The translations under genes and the position numbers were made by a program. From the NCBI GenBank assembly GCA_965214935.1, contig CBDCCS010000010.1:128001-192000 (forward strand): 64,000 bases of DNA. Direction: 5' to 3'. Every line of letters starts with the position of its first letter. Position 1 is the stretch's first letter. The stretch is from Candidatus Velthaea sp. (GTDB lineage Bacteria > Vulcanimicrobiota > Vulcanimicrobiia > Vulcanimicrobiales > Vulcanimicrobiaceae). Below the pieces are notes generated by a model. It was given only the letters and a program-made list of their open reading frames with translations. It had not been told where the DNA came from and did not search any database. This document shows positions 10,212 through 19,904 of this stretch, in pieces.

Positions 10212-10751
10212 TTAATGCTTGCGCAGGTAGGCCGCGACAACATCGACGAGCTCGCGAAACGTCGCGAGCGCATAGACGTGTAGCGGCGCGGGATCCGGCG
10301 GACCGAAGCGGTCATGCAAGAACGCTCCGTTCTGAGCCATGCGGGCCGCCCCGGCCGCGGCATCCTCTTCACGCAACCGTTCCAGACCGCTGCGCAGCGT
10401 GCGGAATTGAGCGTTCAACTCGTCGTCAGGGCTGCGTTGTCCGGGCTGGCGGCTGCGTCGCAGCGCCGGCGGCACGGCTAAATACGCGCCGATCGTGTCC
10501 GGGAGATACGTTTGCAATGCTTCGCGAGCCGTAAACGCCGCGTGCGAACCTGGCGGGTGACGTTGCAGTTGCTCGCGCGCAATGCCGGCGATCGAGCCGG
10601 CTTCGCGGCGATGGCGGTACGGCAGTTGTGCCGTTAGACGCGGCAACTGCGGCGGCGGGCGGCGTGGTTTGGCCGAGCGGCGACGCGCGGCCAAACCAAG
10701 GCCGATGCAACCGGTCGCTGCAAGCGCTTCGAGAATGTACGCGTCGATCAC
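10212..10751 (-). CDS. Hypothetical membrane-anchored protein, XpaC (5-bromo-4-chloroindolyl phosphate hydrolysis)-like
   Basis: N-terminal hydrophobic anchor; TYLPDTIGAYLAVP...ELNAQFRTL and FLHDRFG resemble XpaC-like helical proteins. Confidence 0.55.
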   Translation of the reverse strand: MIDAYILEALAATGCIGLGLAARRRSAKPRRPPPQLPRLTAQLPYRHRREAGSIAGIAREQLQRHPPGSHAAFTAREALQTYLPDTIGAYLAVPPALRRSRQPGQRSPDDELNAQFRTLRSGLERLREEDAAAGAARMAQNGAFLHDRFGPPDPAPLHVYALATFRELVDVVAAYLRKH

Positions 10752-10913
10752 GTCGTCAACTACGCTGCCGCCGAACCGCTTGTTTCAGGCGCGCCGGTCG
10801 ACGTGTGCGGCCGAGCGTACGGGTTAACCGTCCGGGTGTGCGTGGTAGCCGCCTGCGCGGCGTGCGAAACTACGCCCATGCCGCACATCTTCGCGGCGGA
10901 AAGCGAAACCCTC

Positions 10914-11270
10914 ATGTTGGACATCTTCATCGCGGCCGTATCGACGGCGCTCGTTGCGTCTGCCGGCACGCCGCCGGCTCACCCGGCATCCTGCTTGCAA
11001 CAATTTCGTGACGCAGGCATGGTGCGACCGCTTAGTGTCGAGTATCCGGCAATCACCAGACTTCAGGGCGTTACGGGGACGTCGCTGGTACGCGTCGATC
11101 TCAACGAATCCGGCCGCGTTCAGAACGTCTACGTCACGAAGTCGTCCGGTAACCGGTATCTCGACAAGGCCGCGCTTAAAGCAGTGAACGACGGCGCATT
11201 TACGCCTGAAATACAAGACTGCCGAACGGTCGCGGGCTCGTATGCGCTCGAGGTCACCTTCGAACGCTGA
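10914..11270 (+). CDS. Short TonB C-terminal domain protein (energy transducer TonB family)
   Basis: YP...QGVTGTSLVRVDL...V.KSSGNRYLDKAALKAV...F.P motif; N-terminal signal or anchor. Confidence 0.85.
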   Translation: MLDIFIAAVSTALVASAGTPPAHPASCLQQFRDAGMVRPLSVEYPAITRLQGVTGTSLVRVDLNESGRVQNVYVTKSSGNRYLDKAALKAVNDGAFTPEIQDCRTVAGSYALEVTFER

Positions 11271-11414
11271 CGGCTGCACGCAGCTATCATGAGTGCATCT
11301 TCAGCCGGATCCTGCCACGCGTCGCGCACCCGCCGGTACGCTCGTCTTCACGAGCGCGATCGGCGCTGCGCGGCAATGCGTGCGAAACCAAACCGCTCCA
11401 CAGCGTGCCAACCG

Positions 11415-11900
11415 TCAGTCCGTACGTAACAAAAAATCGTAGCGAATAAAGCCGTTAAAGTGTGCGACGCCGTCATACAGACTGCGGCCGGCGGCGTTTG
11501 ACTCGTGGGTTAGCCAATACAGCTTTTCCGCGTGGCGCGCGCGTGCGTCCGCGGCCACGGTTTCGATAAGCCGACGAGCCAGCCCGCGTCGACGTTCGGA
11601 CGGCGTAACGAAAAGATCTTCGAGATAGCACACATCGTCGCGCGTCCATGTTGTCGGATGTACGAGATAGTGTACCAAAGCCGCCGGTTTGCAATCGGGC
11701 GTCCAGGCCCCGAATGCGAAAAGACGGTCGGCAAAGAGAATGCGCCGCCACGTCCGTTCGTTTACTTCCGGGTGGAGTTCGGTTCGGTAAAACGTTAAGT
11801 ACTCGGCCCACAAGCCGTCCCACGCTGCACGGTCGGCGGCTTGAAAACGTCCGATCGTATAGTCGCTGCCGTCACTCATCGGACGGCGCATGGTGCGCAT
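11415..11900 (-). CDS. GNAT family N-acetyltransferase
   Basis: CYLEDLFV...RRRGLARRLI and LYWLTHESN..GRSLYD motifs. Confidence 0.92.
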   Translation of the reverse strand: MRTMRRPMSDGSDYTIGRFQAADRAAWDGLWAEYLTFYRTELHPEVNERTWRRILFADRLFAFGAWTPDCKPAALVHYLVHPTTWTRDDVCYLEDLFVTPSERRRGLARRLIETVAADARARHAEKLYWLTHESNAAGRSLYDGVAHFNGFIRYDFLLRTD

Positions 11901-11909
11901 CCGAGCACG

Positions 11910-12566
11910 CTAGGTGCTTTGCAATTCCGATAAGGTCGCGGCGGCGATGCGCAAGTCGGCGATGAAGCCCGCAAGTTGCTCTGCCCGCGTCGCGGCGTCG
12001 ACGGCGCGCAAGATCGACGATGGATGGACGGTCGCGATCAGATGCGCAGCGAGCGGCGCGCTAATGACTTCACCGCGATGTTGGGTCAAGCGAAACGCCG
12101 GTCCGAGCAATGCTTGTGCCGCAGTTGCTCCAAGCGCGACGACAAGCGACGGACGTACGGCTTGCATTTCGGCTTCGAGCCAAGGCATGCAAGCAACGAC
12201 TTCAAAGCGTTTCGGCGTTGCGTGGATGCGCCGTTTTCCGCGTTCGATAAATTTAAAATGTTTGACGGCATTTGTAATGTAGACATCGTCGGGAAAAATG
12301 CCGGCTTCATGGAGCGACGAGCGTAACAATTTCCCCGCCGGCCCGACGAACGGCCGGCCGGCGAGGTCTTCCGCATCGCCGGGCTGCTCGCCGATCAACA
12401 TCAACGGTGCATTCGGTGGTCCGTTACCAAAGACGACCTGCGTCGCGTCGCGATACAGATCGCAACCTCGGCAACCCGGTGCGGCGGCACGCAATTCGGT
12501 AAGCGACGCCGCCGGCGGCACGTACGGTGCCGCTGACGGTTTGAACGCTTTGGCGTCGGTCGTCAT
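11910..12566 (-). CDS. udgX: UdgX family uracil-DNA binding protein (Fe-S, family 4 UDG-like)
   Basis: CRGCDL Fe-S ligands, GEQPG motif A, HFKF..RGKRRIH R-loop, HPSS motif B. Confidence 0.92.
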   Translation of the reverse strand: MTTDAKAFKPSAAPYVPPAASLTELRAAAPGCRGCDLYRDATQVVFGNGPPNAPLMLIGEQPGDAEDLAGRPFVGPAGKLLRSSLHEAGIFPDDVYITNAVKHFKFIERGKRRIHATPKRFEVVACMPWLEAEMQAVRPSLVVALGATAAQALLGPAFRLTQHRGEVISAPLAAHLIATVHPSSILRAVDAATRAEQLAGFIADLRIAAATLSELQST

Positions 12567-12590
12567 GAATGCGTCGTACCCGTCAGGGCG

Positions 12591-15500
12591 TCAGCGCAGC
12601 GCCGTGAGACTTTGTAAACGCGCTTCACCGGCAACTGCTTGCCCTTGGTACTCGGCGAAGGTCGCAAATTCGGCGGGCGTCGGCCGTTCGTACGCGGTCT
12701 CGAGTTCGTTTGCGAGAAACGACAGATGCTCGCGCAGTTTGGTCTCGTATAGAACGTCGCCTTCGCTTGCATGACCGTTGCGGCCGACCAGATCGCCGAT
12801 CGCCGTCTGCAGTTGTGCGCGCTTGGGTTGCGGCAACCGGCGCGCTTGGTCCATCGCAGCGTTGATCGTCGTATCGAGCTTGTCGAGTGTGGCGTGTATT
12901 TCGCGTTCGAGTGATAGACGCGCTTCCAAATCGTCGGCGGTAGCGTGCAAACGCGGATCGAGTTGCAACGCGAGCGGTTGGCTAAACTTCTGCTCGCCGT
13001 ACTCCAGAACGACCGAATACGTGCCGGGAACGATCGTGGGACCATCGACGCCGGCGCTGAAATCATCGGTGGTCGGCGGTTTAAACCCGTTGACTTCGGT
13101 AGCCGGTGCATAGCGCATGTCCCAGACAAAGCGATTCGGACCGGGCTCGTACGCCGTCATTGCAGCAATGTCGAGCGCATGCTGGTGATTCGCATCCATC
13201 TCGTACCGGATCTCAGGCGCAACCTTCTTCTCGTGCTTTGCTTTGGGGTGCAGCACGAAGCTGCGAACAACGGCACCGCGTGCATCTTGGAACGTCAGCG
13301 TGACTGGCGTCGAAGCATTCGTCCCGGCCGGAAGCGTGAAGAAGATCGTTGCTCCGTAATCGGGATTTTTTCCGACGGCCGGAGCCGGTTCGGGAGCCGC
13401 ACCGTAAGCGTGCGTGAGCCAAGCGGTCTCCGGGGCGAAAATGTGCGGTGCGTTCAAGGCCGGCGCACCGTCCCGGGCAAGCTGTTCCAACAACGCGAGA
13501 TCGTCGAGGATCCAGAAGGCGCGGCCGTGCGTTGCAAGCGCTACTTGCCCTTGTCGCGCATCGACCGCGATGTCGCGGACCTGCACGCCGGGCAGATTAA
13601 GCGTCAGCGGCTGCCAGGTTCCGGCGCCGTCGAAACTCACGTAAATCGAATCGCGAGTCCCGGCGAACAGCAAGCGCGGCTCGCGCGGGTCTTGACGGAC
13701 GGCAAAGACATATTGATCGCCCGGTAGACCTTTGGTTATCGTCGACCAATGCGCGCCGTAATCGGTGGTGACGAACGCGTACGGATGAAAATCATCCCAC
13801 ATGTAGCGCGAGGCCGTCAGGTACGCCGTTCCGGCTGCCGTGTGCGAGGGTTCGATCGAGCTGATATTCGCCCACTGCGCAAGTTGCGGCGGCGTAACGA
13901 GCGACCAGTTTGCGCCGTGATCGGTCGTCACGTGAACGAGGCCGTCGGCCGAGCCCGCCCACATCAAATCGCCGTTGAGCGGAGAGACCGCTAATGCGGA
14001 AATATCCGGGAACGTTTCGGCGCCGGTTTGGTCGAGGTCGATCGGTCCTCCGCTGGGACCTTCGGTGCTCTTATCGTCGCGGGTTAAATCGGGGCTGATC
14101 GTTTTCCACGTCTGACCGCGATCGGTGCTCGAAAAGACGGTCTGCGCTGCATCGAGCAGTTCGGAATCGTTCGCGGGCGAGAAGAAAATCGGATGCGTCC
14201 AGCCGAACCGATAACGCGTTTCCCCGGCCGCTGCACCCGGCAAATATGTCGGCCAGGGGCTGACGTTATGCGACTGCGCGACTGCGTTATCTTGACGCAA
14301 CATCGCGCTGTAATACGCGCCGCCGTAGGTAACATTCGGGTTGCCGGGTTCGGGCGCAACAAAGGTGCTTTCACCCGATGCTACGCCGTGCCATTCACCG
14401 AGAGAAATCGCGCCGGTCGGCGCGGCGCTGGGTCCCTCGAACGCACCTTCATCCTGTGCCGCGCCGTAGACGTGGTACGGGAATTGACGATCGAGCGCGA
14501 TGTGATAGTACTGGCCGGTCGGCTGATTGTTTTCACTACTCCAGCTCTTGCCGCCGTCGCTTGAAACAACCGCTCCGCCGTCGTCGCCTTCGAGCATAAT
14601 TTTCGGATTGTGGGGATTGATCCAGATGATGTGATGATCGCCATGATTCGCGGCGGAGAAAAACGGCTTCCAGGTTATGCCGCCGTCGGTCGTTTTGAAA
14701 ACGTCGTCGACTTCGGGTGCATACGCCGTCTTCGCGTTCTTGGGATCGACGAAAATGCTCATGTAATAAAAGGCGCGCTGGCGCAACTTCATCTGGCTAT
14801 TCACACGCTGCCACGATGCTCCGCCGTTATTCGAACGGAACACGCCGCCGTCGTGCGCTTGGACGATCGCGTAAACCGTACGCGAATCGCTCGGCGCGAC
14901 GGCGATCCCCATGCGGCCGAGTAAGCCGCGCGCAAAGCCCGGATGTTTTGAAATCACCGCCCAATGCGCACCGCCGTCGACGGTCTTGTAGATCGCGCTG
15001 CCGGGGCCGCCGCTCGTGAGTTTCCACGGCAGGCGCTGCGCCTGCCACATCGTTGCATACAGAACGCGCGCATCGTTCGGATCCATTACAAGATCGATGG
15101 CTCCGGTGCCGGAGTCGACGAACAAGATGTTCTTCCACGTCTTGCCGCCATCGGTCGTTTTGAAGACACCGCGTTCGGCATTCGGCTTGAAGACGTGTCC
15201 CATGGACGCGGCATAGACGGTATTCGGATCGTGCGGTGCAACGGCGAGCGCCGTTGTCGTATGCGTATCGCTCAAACCCGCATAGTGCCAGCTTTTTCCC
15301 GCGTTGTCCGTCTTGTAGATACCGGCTCCGGTATCGACGTCGCTGCGGATGTCGCCCTCGCCGCTGCCGGCATAAATGACGTTCGGATTGGACGGAGCGA
15401 CGGCCAGCGCGCCCATCGTTTGAGCGGTGAGCGGCAGCTTACCGTCGCTGATGTTGACCCATTCGTTGCCGTAATCGGTGCTGCGCCAAACGCCGCCTTG

Positions 15501-15701
15501 CACGCCGCCGAAGTAGAACACGTTGGGATCGCTCGGGACGCCCGCCACCGCGACGACGCGGCCGCCGATGAAAGGACCGATGTTGCGCCAAGCGAGCTTG
15601 CTCATAACCGTTTGCGTCGGTGTCGTCAATCCGTCCGCCCGCGTCGCGTACGGAACGGCAACGAACGACGACAGCAAAACGAGAATGATGAGCTTTCTCA
15701 A
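12591..15701 (-). CDS. Secreted sortilin/VPS10-like BNR-repeat beta-propeller protein (putative glycosyl hydrolase)
   Basis: WRNIGPFIGGRV, many SxDxGxTW Asp-boxes, DHH, NQPTGQYY, THGRAFW. AAAGGAG SD before TTG 15701, followed by signal peptide. Confidence 0.88.
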   Translation of the reverse strand: MRKLIILVLLSSFVAVPYATRADGLTTPTQTVMSKLAWRNIGPFIGGRVVAVAGVPSDPNVFYFGGVQGGVWRSTDYGNEWVNISDGKLPLTAQTMGALAVAPSNPNVIYAGSGEGDIRSDVDTGAGIYKTDNAGKSWHYAGLSDTHTTTALAVAPHDPNTVYAASMGHVFKPNAERGVFKTTDGGKTWKNILFVDSGTGAIDLVMDPNDARVLYATMWQAQRLPWKLTSGGPGSAIYKTVDGGAHWAVISKHPGFARGLLGRMGIAVAPSDSRTVYAIVQAHDGGVFRSNNGGASWQRVNSQMKLRQRAFYYMSIFVDPKNAKTAYAPEVDDVFKTTDGGITWKPFFSAANHGDHHIIWINPHNPKIMLEGDDGGAVVSSDGGKSWSSENNQPTGQYYHIALDRQFPYHVYGAAQDEGAFEGPSAAPTGAISLGEWHGVASGESTFVAPEPGNPNVTYGGAYYSAMLRQDNAVAQSHNVSPWPTYLPGAAAGETRYRFGWTHPIFFSPANDSELLDAAQTVFSSTDRGQTWKTISPDLTRDDKSTEGPSGGPIDLDQTGAETFPDISALAVSPLNGDLMWAGSADGLVHVTTDHGANWSLVTPPQLAQWANISSIEPSHTAAGTAYLTASRYMWDDFHPYAFVTTDYGAHWSTITKGLPGDQYVFAVRQDPREPRLLFAGTRDSIYVSFDGAGTWQPLTLNLPGVQVRDIAVDARQGQVALATHGRAFWILDDLALLEQLARDGAPALNAPHIFAPETAWLTHAYGAAPEPAPAVGKNPDYGATIFFTLPAGTNASTPVTLTFQDARGAVVRSFVLHPKAKHEKKVAPEIRYEMDANHQHALDIAAMTAYEPGPNRFVWDMRYAPATEVNGFKPPTTDDFSAGVDGPTIVPGTYSVVLEYGEQKFSQPLALQLDPRLHATADDLEARLSLEREIHATLDKLDTTINAAMDQARRLPQPKRAQLQTAIGDLVGRNGHASEGDVLYETKLREHLSFLANELETAYERPTPAEFATFAEYQGQAVAGEARLQSLTALR

Positions 15702-15890
15702 AAGCGCGGCTCCTTTGACATGACGATGACCGGTGCGTCGCGTTAGTGCAGGCAACGCACGCGAATACGATGCGCGATGTTTCGCTTTCCGCGCAGGTCG
15801 ATCCGCCCTCCATCGCACGCAGGCAACGGCGAACGCTGCATACCGCGCGCGGCGTTGCGATCGATGCGCTGCAGCGAGCGCTTCGGTCGC

Positions 15891-16226
15891 TTAGGTCTTT
15901 AGCGCGTCATGACCCCAATTTTTTAAACTGTACGACCAGCGCGTGTGCTCGACGTCGCCGCTCGGACGTTGTGCGAGATGACGTTTGATATAACCGACGA
16001 CGCGCTGCATCTGATGGTAGTCGGCATCGGTCAAATCGTGCTTTTTCGTACGCAGTAATTTTACGATCTCACGTCCGGAATGATGGCCGGTCGATTCGGC
16101 GCCGTCCGTTTTTTGCCCGACTTCGTGCGACTCGTCGGTCTCTAACCAGGCCTCAAGCTGGTGCGGCGTCATGTTCACGAGCTCGTTGAAAGCCGCTGCG
16201 GTATCGGTTGCGTCTGCGGTAGCCAT
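15891..16226 (-). CDS. DUF3140 domain protein
   Basis: VNMT..LE.WL.T.ES..VG, ESTGH.SG, YIKRHLAQRP, W.YSL.NWGHD; AAGGAG SD before ATG 16226. Confidence 0.88.
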   Translation of the reverse strand: MATADATDTAAAFNELVNMTPHQLEAWLETDESHEVGQKTDGAESTGHHSGREIVKLLRTKKHDLTDADYHQMQRVVGYIKRHLAQRPSGDVEHTRWSYSLKNWGHDALKT

Positions 16227-16360
16227 TGCACTCCTTCGGCGCATGCCCGTACCGGCAGCGCATGCAGTTCACAAGATGATGCACGCTCTTACCCAGGCGC
16301 CGTGTGTTAAGCGGCGTGCTCGTGCGCAACGGCACGTGCGATGCTGCCGTTGTTCGCTGC

Positions 16361-17353
16361 ATGAAAGCCGTTATAGCCGAACGCTCGGGTGCCGCCGCCG
16401 ACGTTCTTTCGATCCGCGAAGTGCCGACGCCGCAAGCGCAAGCCGGTGAGGTGCGCGTACGAATCGCAACATCGGGCATCAATCCCTCGGACGTCAAGCG
16501 TCGCGCCGCATCGCCGCCCGGTTCGGCGCTCGAATTCACGCAAGTCATTCCACACAGCGACGGCGCAGGTAGGATCGACGCCGTCGGGCCGCAAGTCGAT
16601 CCGCAGCGGATCGGTCAACGCGTTTGGCTCTATAACGCACAGTGGCAGCGGCCGAACGGCACGGCGGCGGAATTTTGCGTCGTTCCGGCGGCCTGCGCCG
16701 TCCCGTTGCCGGACGCAACGACCTTTGAGGCCGGTGCTTCGTTCGGCATCCCGGTCCTTACGGCGTACCACGCCATCCACCTCGACGGCCCGTTGAACGA
16801 CCGCACGCTACTCGTACAAGGCGGCGCGGGAGCGGTCGGGTTTTACGCCATCCAATTTGCGAAAGCCGCCGGCGCCACGGTTATTGCCACGGTGAGCTCG
16901 CCGGCCAAGGCAGCCTATGCGCGACGCGCCGGTGCGGATCATACCATCGACTACACGCGCGAAGATCGAGCGGCACGCGTGCTTGCGTGCAACGGCGGGC
17001 GGCAAGTCGAGCGCATCATCGAGGTCGATCTTGCGGCGAACGCCGCATCGTATCCCGACCTGTTGGCGCAATACGGTAAAGCCGTCGTCTACGGCTGCGG
17101 GCGTCCGACCGCCGCAGTACCGGCGGCGTTCATTCGCTGGAGTACGACCTTAGAATTCTTCATCGTGTACGAGTTGCGCGCGGCCGAGCGTCGTGCGGCC
17201 ATTGCCGGCATCGACGCGCTCGTCGGTTCGGGCGCGTTCGACTACGGCGAGATGCGGCGCTTTCCATTCGAGCGCGTCGTGCAAGCGCATGAAGCCGTCG
17301 AAGCCGGCGGGATCGGTAATGTGGTCTTGCAGATCGGCGAGCAGCAATCATAG
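16361..17353 (+). CDS. NADPH:quinone reductase (zeta-crystallin, MDR family)
   Basis: SGINPSDVKRR, IPHSDGAG.IDAVG, GGAGAVG. Confidence 0.92.
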   Translation: MKAVIAERSGAAADVLSIREVPTPQAQAGEVRVRIATSGINPSDVKRRAASPPGSALEFTQVIPHSDGAGRIDAVGPQVDPQRIGQRVWLYNAQWQRPNGTAAEFCVVPAACAVPLPDATTFEAGASFGIPVLTAYHAIHLDGPLNDRTLLVQGGAGAVGFYAIQFAKAAGATVIATVSSPAKAAYARRAGADHTIDYTREDRAARVLACNGGRQVERIIEVDLAANAASYPDLLAQYGKAVVYGCGRPTAAVPAAFIRWSTTLEFFIVYELRAAERRAAIAGIDALVGSGAFDYGEMRRFPFERVVQAHEAVEAGGIGNVVLQIGEQQS

Positions 17354-17386
17354 GCGGAGTTCGACAGCGGTCCGAACGGTCGCGCG

Positions 17387-19261
17387 ATGAAGTACTCGAT
17401 CGCCGTTATGATGTTGGTTGCGGCGCTCTTTCCGGCCGTTGTCAAGGCACAGCCCGTGGCCGAACGCGTGCATCTCGATGCGTCCGACGTGGGGCGCGGT
17501 GTCGTTCATGCAACGCTCGCGATCCCGGTCCATAGCGGTCCGCAAACGCTCGTTTATCCGCGCTGGATTCCGGGCGAGCACGGCCCGGTCGGTCCGATCA
17601 ACGAGCTTATCACGCTGCGCTTTCGGTCGGGCGGAAAAGCGTTACCGTGGAAGCGCGACCTGACCGATATGTATGCCTTTAGCGTCGACGTTCCGGCAGG
17701 CGCGTCGACGCTCGACGTTTCGCTCGACTTCTTGATCGGCGCCGCCGGAACGATGGTCTCGAAAGAGCGCGTTTCAACGAGTCGCATGGCGATGATCAAT
17801 TGGTATGCGGCGGTGCTGTATCCGCAAGGCGCCGTCAATACGTCGTACACCGTGATCCCGAGTATTACGCTGCCCGAAGGCTGGCAAGACGCCAGCGCGT
17901 TACAGACCAGCGGCCGAGTAGCACGGACGGTGGCTTACGCTCCCGTTAGCCTCGAGACGTTGCTTGATTCGCCGGTATTGACCGCGCAATATCTGCGCAA
18001 AGTCGTACTCGATCGGACCCACGGCGTCGCGGAACTCGATCTTGCCGCGGACGAACCCGAACGGTTAGCCGCCAGCGACGAAACCATCGGAAAGTTCACC
18101 AATCTCATCCGCCAAGCCGATCTGGAATACCGCGCGCGGCACTGGCGCAACTATCACTTCTTGGTCGTATTGTCCGATGCGATCGAATTCAACGGGATCG
18201 AGCATCACGAGTCGAGCGATGATCGTGCTCCGGCGACCTTCGTCACCGATGCGGAAACGCTCGACTTTCGCGCCGATCTTCTCGCGCACGAATTCACGCA
18301 CTCGTGGAACGGCAAGTACCGCCGGCCGCAGGATTTGCAAGTCGCCAATTACCAGGATCCCGAGCGCACCGATTTGCTGTGGGTGTACGAAGGCTTGACC
18401 GAGTATCTCGGTAACGTGCTGGCGTCGCGTAGCGGCCTGCGCACCCCGCAAGAGTTTCGCGATATCGTCGCGAGCGTCTATGCCGATATGGATGCGACGA
18501 CCGGACGCGCGACGCGACCGCTGCTCGATACCGCGACGCAAGCCGGCTGGCTGTATTTCGGCACGCCGCAATACGCGCACATGCGGCGCGCCGTCGACTT
18601 CTATCCCGAGGGGATTCTCATTTGGCTCGAGGCGGATTCGATCGTTCGCCGGCAGACCGGCGGTATGAGATCGCTCGATGATTTTGTACGCGCGTTCGTC
18701 GGACCGCCTTCGACGGACCCGCGTGTCGTGACATACACGCGCGCCGACGTCATCGCTGAACTCACTGCAATTGCGCCGTACGATTGGGTTACGTTCTTTC
18801 GAACGCGCGTCGACGATATCGCACTGCATCCGCCCGCCGGCGGCATCGCTGCCGACGGTTGGCAAATCGCCTATACGGCCGAACCGACGCGTCAATTGCG
18901 CAACGAAGAAAAGCTGCTCGAGCACGTGAACGCGCTGTACTCGATCGGCGCGATCGTCAGCGATAAGGGTGACGTCATCGACGTGCGCGACGGCTCCCCG
19001 GCCGCACGAGCAGGCTTAGCACCGTACATGCAACTTCTGGCCGTCGGCGGCCGGCGCTATACGCCCGAAGCGCTGCATGCCGCTTTACAGGCGACTGCCG
19101 CAACGGGGAATGCGCCCGTGAGTCTGGTGGTCGACTCGTTCGGCGTCGTCGCGACGCTTTCGATCGTGTACCACGGCGGCGAGCGTTATCCGCATCTCGT
19201 GCCGTTGAGCGGTCGGCCGGATCTGCTCACACCGATCGCGCAACCGCTCGCGGAACGGTAA
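17387..19261 (+). CDS. M61 family glycyl aminopeptidase with C-terminal PDZ domain
   Basis: Signal peptide; YPRWIPGEH, GIEHHESS, HEFTHSWNGKYRRP, LWVYEGLT; PDZ GSPAARAGL. Confidence 0.93.
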   Translation: MKYSIAVMMLVAALFPAVVKAQPVAERVHLDASDVGRGVVHATLAIPVHSGPQTLVYPRWIPGEHGPVGPINELITLRFRSGGKALPWKRDLTDMYAFSVDVPAGASTLDVSLDFLIGAAGTMVSKERVSTSRMAMINWYAAVLYPQGAVNTSYTVIPSITLPEGWQDASALQTSGRVARTVAYAPVSLETLLDSPVLTAQYLRKVVLDRTHGVAELDLAADEPERLAASDETIGKFTNLIRQADLEYRARHWRNYHFLVVLSDAIEFNGIEHHESSDDRAPATFVTDAETLDFRADLLAHEFTHSWNGKYRRPQDLQVANYQDPERTDLLWVYEGLTEYLGNVLASRSGLRTPQEFRDIVASVYADMDATTGRATRPLLDTATQAGWLYFGTPQYAHMRRAVDFYPEGILIWLEADSIVRRQTGGMRSLDDFVRAFVGPPSTDPRVVTYTRADVIAELTAIAPYDWVTFFRTRVDDIALHPPAGGIAADGWQIAYTAEPTRQLRNEEKLLEHVNALYSIGAIVSDKGDVIDVRDGSPAARAGLAPYMQLLAVGGRRYTPEALHAALQATAATGNAPVSLVVDSFGVVATLSIVYHGGERYPHLVPLSGRPDLLTPIAQPLAER

Positions 19262-19409
19262 GGTCCGATCCGGTGCCGAGACCGGCGGCATCACGCGACG
19301 ACATTGTCGCCTCGACCGCCGCGGCCCAACGCTCGGCGCCGGCGTGCTCGAAGCGGCCTGCGGATCTGCGCCGTCCCGCTTAACCCGTGGACCCGATTGC
19401 CGGCCCGCG

Positions 19410-19438
19410 TTGACAAATCGAACGGACGTTCGTACGAT
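19410..19438 (+). promoter_or_regulatory. Sigma70 promoter (TTGACA-N17-TACGAT) with LexA/SOS box CGAAC-GGAC-GTTCG in the spacer
   Basis: -35 at 19410-19415, -10 at 19433-19438, palindrome at 19419-19432. Confidence 0.85.
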
Positions 19439-19523
19439 TAGTCCTGCCGCTCGGCGCTTGCCGGACGATCGCATCGTGACGACGCCGGCGCTGCGTCGGG
19501 TCGTCGACAAAAGGAGATTGACT

Positions 19524-19904
19524 ATGGCCGTAAGTTTTACGCCGGCGATCAAGGGCATCGACATCGTCGCTTATCTCGTCAAAGACGTCGATCGGGCGAA
19601 GGCCTTCTATCGCGATACGCTCGGCATGCCGGTCTCGCTCGATTACGGTCCGCAAGGCGCCGAGTTTACGTTAGGCGACGGCGCGACGTTCGGCCTTTGG
19701 GATCCCGGCGAAGGCGGATTTCAACCCAGCAGCGGTGTTATGTTTGCGGTCGACGATGTGAGGACCGCAGTCGATCAGTTGAAGCAAGCCGGGGTTGAGT
19801 TCGAGGCCGACGGGGCGGTCCACGAGTTTCCCGCCTGCTTCATGGCGATGGCCAAGGACACCGAAGGCAACGGCTTCATCCTCCACCAGCGGAAGAGCGC
19901 GTAA
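19524..19904 (+). CDS. VOC family (glyoxalase/bleomycin resistance) protein
   Basis: AAGGAG SD; VKDVDRAKAFYRDTLG, FAVDDV, DTEGN. Confidence 0.92.
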   Translation: MAVSFTPAIKGIDIVAYLVKDVDRAKAFYRDTLGMPVSLDYGPQGAEFTLGDGATFGLWDPGEGGFQPSSGVMFAVDDVRTAVDQLKQAGVEFEADGAVHEFPACFMAMAKDTEGNGFILHQRKSA

